DNA from: Hormiphora californensis | Taxonomy: Eukaryota > Animalia > Ctenophora | Assembly: GCA_020137815.1 (NCBI GenBank) | Contig: WFME01000024.1 | Span: 1-24,495 of the forward strand | Direction of reading: 5' to 3' | DNA: 24,495 nt | Part shown: positions 9,917 to 18,718 of the stretch, piece after piece | Layout: each line of letters opens with the position of its first letter | How positions within the stretch are numbered: position 1 is the first letter of the stretch | The notes under the pieces: model-generated | What the model saw: only the letters and a program-made list of their open reading frames with translations | Told to the model about the DNA's origin: nothing | Database searches by the model: none | Made by a program: the position numbers and the translations under genes

Positions 9917-10643
9917 TCATACACAATGTAAAGAGTCGGTGCCCGGAAAAGGCGACCCATTCAACGTCTGGGAGCTCCTCGAGTTCCTTCTTCCTGGTTC
10001 GGAGTCCATCAGACATTCGGTGAAACAGTGCCACTTTGTTCTCCTTCCTGAATTTCTGGCGACTCTCTTTCCTCATCAGCGCATCCTTTTTTGTGGCCCT
10101 GGTCATGACGCATGTAATTGCTCGGGGCTTAGATCTTCTTCTTCCGTTCCGGTGTACAATTCCAATATCCTGCGGGGAGAGGGTTGGATCGGACTTCTGG
10201 AGGAGCTGGATAACGTTCCTCTCCAGAGAGTCTGCTGTTTCTGCCTCATCCTCAGGGAGCCCAGCCAGGATGATGGTGTTGCGGCCGGAGTACGCCTCCT
10301 GGCGGAGAACACGGTCCTCGAGATGGGGGTGCTGTTGGGGTGGTGGTGCTGGTTGTGACTCAGCCAGCTTTTCCTGGAGGACCACAACGTCCTTCTTCAG
10401 ATCTACAACCTGATTCTCTAGCTCACAAACCTTAGTTTCAAGCTGTGACACCAAATCAGCGCTGGAGTGGTGGTTGATCAGGACAGCTAGAACAACATCA
10501 TACAAATCAAGATTGCTAATTTTCTGCTGGAGCTGTTTCTTCGTGCAGATCTGGGGGGCACCTGGAGCAAACAGGTCGAAGATAGGACCCTTTGGAGGCT
10601 GGATAGCCCTAGCTGGTCTGTCTTTAACAGTAGAACCTGTCAT
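9917..10643 (-). pseudogene. ORF1p of the outer CR1-type element (coiled coil plus RRM, L1-ORF1/Transposase_22-like), cut by the L2 insertion
   Basis: Heptad coiled coil LVSQLETKVCELENQVVDLKKDV, then QEAYSGRNTIILAGLPE...IVHRNG...PRAITC, the pattern of RRM-type LINE ORF1. The apparent stop is supplied by the (TAT)n tail of the inserted LINE. Confidence 0.8.
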
Positions 10644-10858
10644 TCCCCTCTAGTTACTCAGTCAATATGTCTGTGTGTTGTACACTACAAGGACAAGGGG
10701 GTGCTGTGTACTAGGAAGCAGATTGCAGGAGCGGGTAGAAGCGTTGCAAAATGCAGGGGGAGAGAGCAAGAACTGGATTCGTGATAAATCTAATAAAACT
10801 CTTGATTTTAGTTTTCTAAGTTTATCTCTTCTTCTAACAGCCCCCTCCCTCCCTCCAG

Positions 10859-11050
10859 GTGGTGAGAAGTAGACTGCAGGACTCAAGCTGCCAATATACT
10901 GGAACTATTGATATGGTTCAGAGAACGGCTGCTAATGAGGGATGGAGAGGATTTTACAGGGGGATATTTCCAAACTTGTTACGAGTAACACCCGCCTGCT
11001 GTATCACATTCTTGTGTTATGAGAACGTGCTTCATTGGTTTAGAAATTAG
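10859..11050 (+). CDS. SLC25A32: Terminal exon of mitochondrial folate/FAD carrier
   Basis: VVRSRLQD...[29 protein letters not shown]..stop. [14 protein letters not shown] matches the SLC25A32 C-terminal helix. Confidence 0.93.
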   Translation: MVRSRLQDSSCQYTGTIDMVQRTAANEGWRGFYRGIFPNLLRVTPACCITFLCYENVLHWFRN

Positions 11051-11564
11051 GACATTACAATTGGACACATTTGTTGAAGATGTAGTAGTAGGTTTATCTT
11101 GGGTTGAGAAGTGAGAACTGTCATGTTTTGTGAATGATGTTGGAAGAAACTAAAAGGGCGGAATGAAGTTATCAGTTTAGGATTTAACGTTATCAGTTTA
11201 TTTGAGTTCTAGTTATCTAGATTAAGATAACATATTGTATGACATAGTTCTGTTTTTCTATCCCTATATTTTCTAGATATATGCCTTAAATTATTATCTA
11301 ATAATTATAGTGATTCCTGTATAATCACCCTCTATTTGGATTGGTTCGAGGTGATATAGTAAGTTATTTTCCAGTCATGTAGTCATTATTTAAGGGCAGT
11401 AAATATAGGTTTGTTTAGCCCGTTAGACGTACTCACTGAAACAAGTATGAAGCTATAGCATGTATAGGATGTGTGTGTGTATTTTTGGCAGTTCTTGAAC
11501 CATTTTTTAGCAGTACATGTACCAGCTGATATTGATCGCCTGGTCAACCGTGATTCTGGTAAAT

Positions 11565-11660
11565 CAGGGGCTGTTAAATCGGGGTCCGAATGTACGCGAT
11601 CAATATCCTGGTAAATCTAGTTAGGGTTAGTCAACAAGGTAAATCCGAGTCCGACTGTAG
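11565..11660 (-). mobile_element. Two degenerate Tc1/pogo-like terminal fragments (TACAGTCGGACYCCGATTTA type)
   Basis: TAAATCGGGGTCCGAATGTA at ~11575-11594 and TAAATCCGAGTCCGACTGTA at ~11640-11659. Their reverse complements begin TACA(G/T)TCGGAC. No partner end seen. Confidence 0.4.
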
Positions 11661-11662
11661 TA

Positions 11663-11890
11663 AAGGTCCCCCCAAACTACTATGTCCCTTGCTGCGCGCG
11701 ACCGGATTTTAGACGGCCATAGCTCCACCCCCTGATAAGATAGAGACTTGAAATTTGTTTTGTAGGGAGATCATATCGAGTTCTTCGTACAAAACAAATT
11801 TCAAGTCTATATCTCATCAGCGAGTGGAGTTATGACCGTGGGAAATTTCACAAAACCCGAGTGAGGGACATAGTAGTTTGGGGTGTACTT
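11663..11890. mobile_element. ~228-bp MITE, TA-flanked (family A, copy 1)
   Basis: Imperfect TIR AAGGTCCCCCCAAACTACTATGTCCCT / AGGGACATAGTAGTTTGGGGTGTACTT, TA on both sides, internal inverted GATAGAGACTTGAAATTTGTTTTGTA. A second copy lies at 19365-19591. Confidence 0.9.
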
Positions 11891-12137
11891 TAGTAGTAGT
11901 GCAGCATATTTACGAGTTATTTGGATATGAAAGTGTGCAGTTATAACCACTACTATATATAATATATAGGGTCAGATAAATATCAAAGTTTCTTTTGTAC
12001 TGAGTGTGTTTTGTACCGTTTTTAACTTTTCCTCTCCATAAACCCTGACTTATTACGTGAATCATCCTACCTTGCGTGTTACCATGCATGATGTGTGCTA
12101 CACATCAATTTATGTTAGGTTTTACTTTAACATAACC

Positions 12138-12343
12138 TAGGAACCGACCGACACCTGTCTGGCGGCGCCAGACCCCAATTTGATTCTCAAATGCTAATCT
12201 GAGCACGCGACAGTGTGCTCAGATGGGTCGCGGCGCCAGACAGACCGACACAAGTAAACAACCAATCATAACTCGTTATTTAGGTCACGTGACTGGTTAT
12301 CAGCCAATCAGGGACCAATATTTCCTGATTTGGTCGGTTCCTG
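12138..12343. mobile_element. ~110-bp MITE with CCAAT boxes and GTCACGTGAC E-box, interrupted by a micro-MITE
   Basis: TIR AGGAACCGACC / GGTCGGTTCCT. The sequence is contiguous once 12155-12243 and one TSD copy are removed. Confidence 0.8.
12155..12243. mobile_element. 89-bp micro-MITE (family B) with perfect 8-bp TSD
   Basis: Termini CTGTCTGGCG / CGCCAGACAG. ACCGACAC is duplicated at 12147-12154 and 12244-12251. Confidence 0.9.
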
Positions 12344-12369
12344 GTTAAACCTAAACTCATACATGCAAC

Positions 12370-12440
12370 CTGTCTGGCGCCGCGACCCCATCTGAGCGCA
12401 CTGTGAGAATCAAATGGGGTATGGCGCCGCCATTTAACAG
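12370..12440. mobile_element. Micro-MITE family B, degenerate copy
   Basis: CTGTCTGGCGCCGCGACCCCATCTGAGCGCACTGT...AATCAAATGGGGTATGGCGCCGCCA. No TSD seen. Confidence 0.75.
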
Positions 12441-12544
12441 TGTGAACACAACTCACAAGGAATCTGTCAGGCCAATGCTCTGACAGCCTGGTACCGCACC
12501 TAAATAAGCATGTGAGTGTGACCAGTTACTAGTAGCCTATGCCA

Positions 12545-12635
12545 CTGTTTTCTGGCGGTGCCAGACCCTGTATTTTGATTATACAAAGGACAGTGCGCTG
12601 AGATAGGGCCAGAGTGAGACGGCGCCGCCAGACAG
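12545..12635. mobile_element. Micro-MITE family B, degenerate copy
   Basis: TCTGGCGGTGCCAGACCC...GACAGTGCGCTGAGAT...GGCGCCGCCAGACAG. Confidence 0.7.
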
Positions 12636-12832
12636 TGTAGTTTGGCATGCCGTGGTTCCAGGTAATGGAATGAAATAGATGCGGCCCTACTGCCCTAGAA
12701 CTAGAAGCGGGATAAAGACTTGACCGGGTGAACAAATGTTTATTTGACGCAGCAGTCGTTCCAACGCCGTCCAGACGGTACCCACTACCCATCTAGATGG
12801 GTTTTTCTCTTGGTGATGCATAGACACCTGGC

Positions 12833-13310
12833 GCGACCCCCGCACACAGCTGGTGTTGGGCCGACACCAGCTGTGTGTGGGGGTCGCTCCCTAAAAAAGG
12901 GTCGTGTCTTTCAAGAGATCTTGCACGCGATCCACTGGACTGATTTGCATCCGGTTTGTCGCAAAAGACTACAAATTGGTCCTGGAAAATACCCGATATA
13001 CTGGAAAATACCCGATAAGTTTGTCTGTCAACAGGAAGTGGGTCAAAATTGACACTGAAGTCAAATCTAAAAAAGGGTCGCCATATGCGGTTTAGCAGAT
13101 ATTAGGAGACTGTCTGGCGCCGCGACCCATCTGAGCGCACTGTCAATCAAATTGGGGTCTGGCGCCGCCAGACAGTTGGGAGATAGCTAGGTTGAGGCCT
13201 TGTGAGTACTGGAATTGGAAAATACCCGGCATCAAATGCTAATAATAATAATAATAATAATAATAAGTTATGAAACCCGATAGCTGATTTAACAGTCGTA
13301 TGAAACCCGA
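12833..13310 (+). repeat. Dispersed non-TIR repeat remnant (hairpin, core, (TAA)n), related to 20345-20900 on the opposite strand
   Basis: 55-nt hairpin at 12833-12887. Core blocks ATTTGCATC..GTTTGT.GC, AAAATACCCG and AGTGGGTCAAAATTGAC are shared with the minus strand of ~20530-20750. (TAA)n at 13240-13265. Confidence 0.5.
13110..13175. mobile_element. 66-bp micro-MITE family B with 8-bp TSD (7/8)
   Basis: CTGTCTGGCG...CGCCAGACAG flanked by TTAGGAGA (13102-13109) and TTGGGAGA (13176-13183). Confidence 0.88.
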
Positions 13311-13312
13311 TA

Positions 13313-14106
13313 TAGTAGAGTCGATAACTACATCGACCTCTCCCAATTGTTCCAGTTTTTGTCACATCAGTTTGGAGCCTCGACACGACCTCTAAACAGG
13401 TGTTACTTTTTCACAAACTGTTTTCATCTTGGTGTAATCAGCAGTTGAAATGTTGTTGATCATAACAAAAACCTGACTAATTTTTTTCAACTCGGGGTAA
13501 AACCATGGGTGTCAAAAGTTAGCTCTAGATCCCCTCAGTAACCATCCGGAGACTCTAAGAGATATTTCAAGCCGTTCTCCTGTAATCATTAATCCCGGTA
13601 GAGCACATATTTGAGTATGGACGTACGTGCAATTGCCTACAACCTCAACTTTAATGTATAACGTTAATGTGCGTCTCTCTCTTTTCTCCCCATTGAGAAA
13701 GAGTTATCTCGCGCGGCGCAACCGCACGTGCGGTTTTTCCAGAGAGAGAGTGAGAGACATACAATAACATGTAAACAGCCTGCCAGCGCTCACGTACGTC
13801 CGCATTGTATTTTTTCTCCACCGGGATTAATGATTACGGGAGAACGGCTTGAAATACCTCTTAGAGTCTCCGGATGCTTACTCAGGGGACCTAGAGCTAA
13901 CTTTTGACACCCATGGTTTTACCCCAAGTTGAAAAAATTTAGTCAGGTTTTTGTTATGATCAGCAACATTTCAACTGCTGATTACACCAAGATGAAAACA
14001 GTTTGTGAAAAAGTAACACCTGTTTAGAGGTCGTGTCGAGGCTCCAAACAGATGTGACAAAAACTGGAACAATTGGGAGAAGTCGATGTAGTTATCGACT
14101 CTACTA
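13313..14106. mobile_element. 794-bp non-autonomous long-TIR element, Academ-like (5'-TAG termini, 3-bp TSD)
   Basis: ~315-bp TIRs start TAGTAGAGTCGATAACTACATCGAC. ATA is duplicated at 13310-12 and 14107-09. An uninterrupted tandem copy of the target (ATGAAACCCGATAGCTGATTT, 13270-13290) confirms the boundaries. Superfamily is inferred from termini and TSD only. Confidence 0.88.
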
Positions 14107-14195
14107 ATAGCTGATTTATCAGTCGTTTGATCATTTTGCGCGCACATGATAACCGCCAGCTGGGAGATTTTACACCCTGCTCGCGTTTTAACAGT

Positions 14196-15469
14196 CCCAG
14201 GCAATTTCTGATTTGCCGCATACATACGGCGTCTAGACGGCGTTGCGACGGCGTCTAGACGGTATACCGTCTGGACGGGTTTCGGTGAAATCAGCTAAAA
14301 ACGGTACCGAAATTGCTTGAGACGGGTTATAGACGGTATCAGACGGTCTCTAGACGGGTTATAGACGGTATCAGACGGTGTTGCGAGGGTATCGGACGGT
14401 CTCTAGACGGTCTCTAGACGGTACCGTGCCGGTGTCTAGACGGTGTCTGGACGGTGTCTAGACGGTATCCGTCCGAAGTTGAGACGGCACGTCTGAAAAT
14501 TGTACTTTTAGAACTCCGTCTGTACTTCAGACGGAGTTTTAAAAGTACGTCTCAACGAAGTCTAAAGGAAAATCGATGAAAGTACCGTCTAGACAACGTC
14601 TCAACTGAAACTGGTCAACATACCGTCTAAACAACGTCTAGACAACGTCTAAACAGAATCTCGCGATTCAGTTTCAAATACCGTCTAGACAACTTCTCCA
14701 GCAATTTCGATACGAATACCGTCTAGACAACGTCTAGACAACGTCTTAAGCGAATTTGATACAGATACTGTTTTGGTATCTCCACATTCAGTCTTACATC
14801 CAGCTATCGCGTTGTAATACAACTGTGAGATACTGTCTATGGCTGATACTATCAGTGATAGATAGTGTCGGTTATGAGACGTTGTTTAGACGGTATCTGT
14901 ATCGGATTCGCTTAAGACGTTGTCTAGACGTTGTTTAGACGGTATTCGTATCGAAATTGCTGGAGAAGTTGTCTAGACGGTATTTGAAACTGAATCGCGA
15001 GATTCTGTTTAGACGTTGTCTAGACGTTGTTTAGACGGTATGTTGACCGGTTTCAGTTGAGACGTTGTCTAGACGGTACTTTCATCGGTTTTCCTTTAGA
15101 CTGCGTTGAGACGTACTTTTAAAACTCCGTCTGAAATACAGACGGAGTTCTAAAAGTCCGTCTCAACGTCTGGTACAATTTTCAGACGTCTCAACTTCGG
15201 ACGGATACCGTCTAGACACCGTCCAGACACCGTCTAGACACCGGCACGGTACCGTCTAGAGACCGTCCGATACCCTCGCAACACCGTCTGATACCGTCTA
15301 TAACCCGTCTAGAGACCGTCTGATACCGTCTATAACCCGTCTCAAGCAATTTCGGTACCGTTTTTAGCTGATTTCACCGAAACCCGTCCAGACGGTATAC
15401 CGTCTAGACACCGTCTAGACGGCGTTGCGACGCTGTCTAGACGCCGTATGCGGCAAATGAGAAATTACC
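14196..15469. mobile_element. ~1.27-kb palindromic element with arrays of CCGTCTAGAC subrepeats, CACTA/EnSpm-like
   Basis: Arms ~14200-14770 and ~14890-15469 are near-perfect inverted copies. Left terminus is CCCAG, as in animal EnSpm; the right terminus is eroded. Dozens of ~11-bp (A)CCGTCTAGAC / ACGTCTAGACA units. Confidence 0.85.
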
Positions 15470-15581
15470 GTTATAAACGATAGTCGACTAGATCTAGACA
15501 CGCACTATTCTCTTGTTGAGTACTTCGCAGGAATTCTAGCATGAGCACAGTGGCCTTTTGGTGGTCACTAAGAATTTTACG

Positions 15582-17064
15582 AAATTTTTTTTCTGAACCT
15601 ATCTGGTAGCTTTTTGGACGTAGAATCCAATGCACCCCTCACTCATGCCTTGATTTTTTGAGGAAAGTGGTGTTTTTCCCAAAAGAAGGGTAATTGAAAA
15701 ATTTTCGAAAAAACATTTTTGAGCTTATCTGGTAGCTTTTTTGACGTAGAATCAAATGCACCCCTCACTCATGCCTTAATTTTTTTGAGGAAAGTGGTGT
15801 TTTTTCAGTTTTTAGTCTTTTTAGGCTTCTTTGACAACCATACTTAAAATTTAGCTGGAGCAGGTGAAATGGGGATCCATAACAATTTAAATGTAGTTGA
15901 TAGTAAGAAATCGAACAAATTTATATCTCATTCAAAAAACTTTTTTCAAACTTCATCCAGGGCGTTTTTATGGTCAAAAAACGAAGAAAGCTTGATTTTT
16001 CGACCATAATATACAATAGTACGCACTTGAAACCTTTTTTATCTGAAAGACCAGACAATTTCCTATCTTTTGGTATATAGGACATCGATGAGATTCGATG
16101 AGGAGGCTGGGGAGAAATCCATGGTCTAACAACTTCATAATATGTGATTTTCACCGTTAGGGTCACCACACACCTAAGTTAAAATTAAAATTAAAATTTT
16201 GATTTTAAACCCGCACACACCAGTGGCCGTTAAAATTTCTCTCCTCCATTCTAAAAGTAACAATCTCGCGCGCGATTTTAACGGCGTGTTAAAATTTTGT
16301 CATCCAACGCGACCGTCAAAATCGTGTGTGAGATTGTTACTTTTAGAATGGAGAGAGAAATTTTAACGGCCGCTGGTGTGTGCGGGTTTAAAATCAAAAT
16401 TTTAATTTTAATTTTAACTTTGGTGTGTGGTGACCCTAATCCTTCAATATTAGAGTCCTAACCCTATCGGCAATCGATTCTACGTGTAAAATAAGGTCGG
16501 AAAACGTGTTTAGTTAGGTCTCAAACTTTTGAAAGATCGTTTTTTAAAGTAAACAAACACGCCTTCTTTAACGCTTTCTCCCCAGCCTCCTCATTGAATC
16601 TCATCGATGTCCTATAGACCAAAAGATAGGGAATTGTCTGGCCTTTCAGATAAAAAAGGTTTCAAGTGCGTACTATTGTATATTATGGTCGAAAAATCAA
16701 GTTTTCTTCGTTTTTTGAATGAGATATAAATTTGTTCGATTTCTTACTATCAACTACATTTAAATTGTTATGGATCCCCATTTCACCTGCTCCAGCTAAA
16801 TTTTAAGTATGGTTGTCAAAGAAGCCTAAAAAGACTAAAAACTGAAAAAACACCATTTTCTTCAAAAAATTAAGGCATGAGTGAGGGGTGCATTTGATTC
16901 TACGTCAAAAAAGCTACCAGATAAGCTCAAAAAATTTTTTTCGAAAATTTTTCAATTACCCTTCTTTTGGGAAAAACACCACTTTCCTCAAAAAATCAAG
17001 GCATGAGTGAGGGGTGCATTGGATTCTACGTCCAAAAAGCTACCAGCTAGGTTTAAAAAAATTT
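15582..17064. mobile_element. ~1.48-kb inverted-repeat (foldback-like) element with a MITE in its spacer; termini undefined
   Basis: Arms ~15582-16114 and ~16574-17064. Each has a duplicated ~125-bp subunit containing GACGTAGAATC.AATGCACCCCTCACTCATGCCTT. No TSD recognised. Confidence 0.8.
16160..16436. mobile_element. 277-bp palindromic MITE, TA-flanked, GGG termini
   Basis: GGGTCACCACACACC / GGTGTGTGGTGACCC, arms ~130 bp, flanks TTA / TAA. Confidence 0.88.
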
Positions 17065-17067
17065 TTT

Positions 17068-17136
17068 CCCTGCCCGGGTGAATGCCGAAGGCATTCACCC
17101 GGATGCCTTTTTACTTTGTAAAAAGGCATAGCAGGG
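17068..17136. other. T-shaped double-hairpin (three-way junction) sequence
   Basis: CCCTGC/GCAGGG closing stem; 13-bp stem CCGGGTGAATGCC-GAA-GGCATTCACCCGG; adjoining 12-bp stem ATGCCTTTTTAC-TTT-GTAAAAAGGCAT; one unpaired A. Confidence 0.85.
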
Positions 17137-17960
17137 TTAGAATTCGAAAACGACATTTTGGTATACTAACTAATCGGTAGAGGGACATTTTTTGGTCACA
17201 CTTTCGTTGCGAGGGCAACGGTGTAGCAACTAGAGCCGCGCGCACAGTGACGAGCTACTCCTTCATCAAACACCTCATTGACACAGTTTGATGGACGTGT
17301 GTGCGTGCGCCACTCAACAAAATATGAAATGCTCTGCCGCGCGTTTCGCGTGTTACATACACATTTTCATCTTGCGAGTCGAGTGTGAGATGTTAGATAA
17401 GTAGTTAAGTTGGAATGTCAAAAGCTGGTTAGCAAGTGTCATGTGATTGGGAGTTAGCTAACTCTAAGCTATGTGAGAAGTATACTGACAGCTAGATCGT
17501 ATGCATCTCACATTACATTATGACCAAGCCTTGATCCTGTTGGCAGTGACAATTTCACTGACATGTGAAACGGTAGGCCAGGGAAACACAGCATTATGAA
17601 TACATAATGCAATAATTCTTGTTTCCTTAATGACCACCTACTCCCATGAAAAAGACCACTGTGATGAGTGTAATTAAAGGTAGTAAGCACGTTACTCTCA
17701 TGATTTGATCAGGCTCTTGAGGCCCACATAGCTTCAGACTTCAGAGACACCTAATTCCGATCAGAAATTAGCACGATAGAATATTAGAATGAGAGGAGAC
17801 ACACTGCTGCGCGCTCAGAGAATCAAATTGGGCTATCTACACGCCTTACAGGTCCCGTATGTGTGAGTTGTGCTATGAACAGTACAATGTGTGAGGACGT
17901 GCTAACAGGGGGGGGGGGGGCGTGAGGTACCCACAATGCTGAGATTTTCTAAATAAACCC

Positions 17961-18000
<40 letters not shown>

Positions 18001-18098
18001 GACAACAGACAGACAGACAAAACAGACAGACAGACAGACAACAGACAAGACAGACAGACAGACAACAGACAGACAAGAACAGACAGACAGACAGACGC

Positions 18099-18134
<36 letters not shown>

Positions 18135-18243
18135 CAGACAGACAAGACACAGACAGACAACAGCACAGACAGACAGACAGACAACAACAGACAGACAGAC
18201 AGACAGACAACAGACCGACAGACAGACAGACAACAGACAGACA

Positions 18244-18299
<56 letters not shown>

Positions 18300-18374
18300 C
18301 AGACAGACAGACAGACAGACAGACATACAGACAGACAACATACAGACAGACAGACATACAGACAGACAGACAGC

Positions 18375-18421
<47 letters not shown>

Positions 18422-18431
18422 CAGACAGACG

Positions 18432-18463
<32 letters not shown>

Positions 18464-18507
18464 GACAGACGACAGACAGACGGACAGACAGACGGACAGA
18501 CAGACAG
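17961..18507. repeat. (GACA)n microsatellite, ~550 bp, interrupted
   Basis: Direct reading; a few GACG/GGAC variants near the right end. Confidence 0.98.
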
Positions 18508-18635
18508 AAAGGAGAGATGCTGTAGTTTCTTGACAAGACCATTAGCTATAAGGCACACCAAAAAAGTGAGAGACATGGAGAAGAATGGAAAGAATGAAAG
18601 ATTAGGGTAGGATATATTCCCCGAGCGCTATAAAA

Positions 18636-18636
18636 T

Positions 18637-18718
<82 letters not shown>

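Larger units (their letters stand above)
898..10830 (-). mobile_element. Outer, internally deleted CR1-type non-LTR retrotransposon (ORF1 plus RT part of ORF2), interrupted by two insertions
   Basis: The minus-strand ORF1 (10643 down to ~9917) and RT ORF (3510 down to 1612) are collinear and co-oriented. A ~700-nt 3'UTR ends in an A/C-rich tail (minus GAAAAACAAAACCAAAAAACAAA, ~898-920). That both pieces belong to one element is inference; the ends are approximate. Confidence 0.6.
889..10858 (+). other. ~9.97-kb GT-AG intron of the carrier gene, filled by nested transposons
   Basis: GT at 889, CTAAC branch-point-like motif at 10834-10838, pyrimidine tract, CAG at 10856-10858. TYPYQ|VVRSRLQ joins in frame. 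Confidence 0.88.

Noticed and set aside
5538-10413. Antisense and alternate-frame ORFs over the LINEs (e.g. 5538-6053, 7439-7903, 9939-10358)
   Set aside because: Shadows of real coding frames with no recognisable motifs.
12744-13095. Short ORFs as a transposase or host-gene exon
   Set aside because: No recognisable motifs, non-ATG starts, and the region matches a dispersed repeat in short nucleotide blocks.
14226-15445. CRISPR-like array
   Set aside because: Repeats are ~11 bp without unique spacers of regular length, no cas genes, and the context is eukaryotic with introns.
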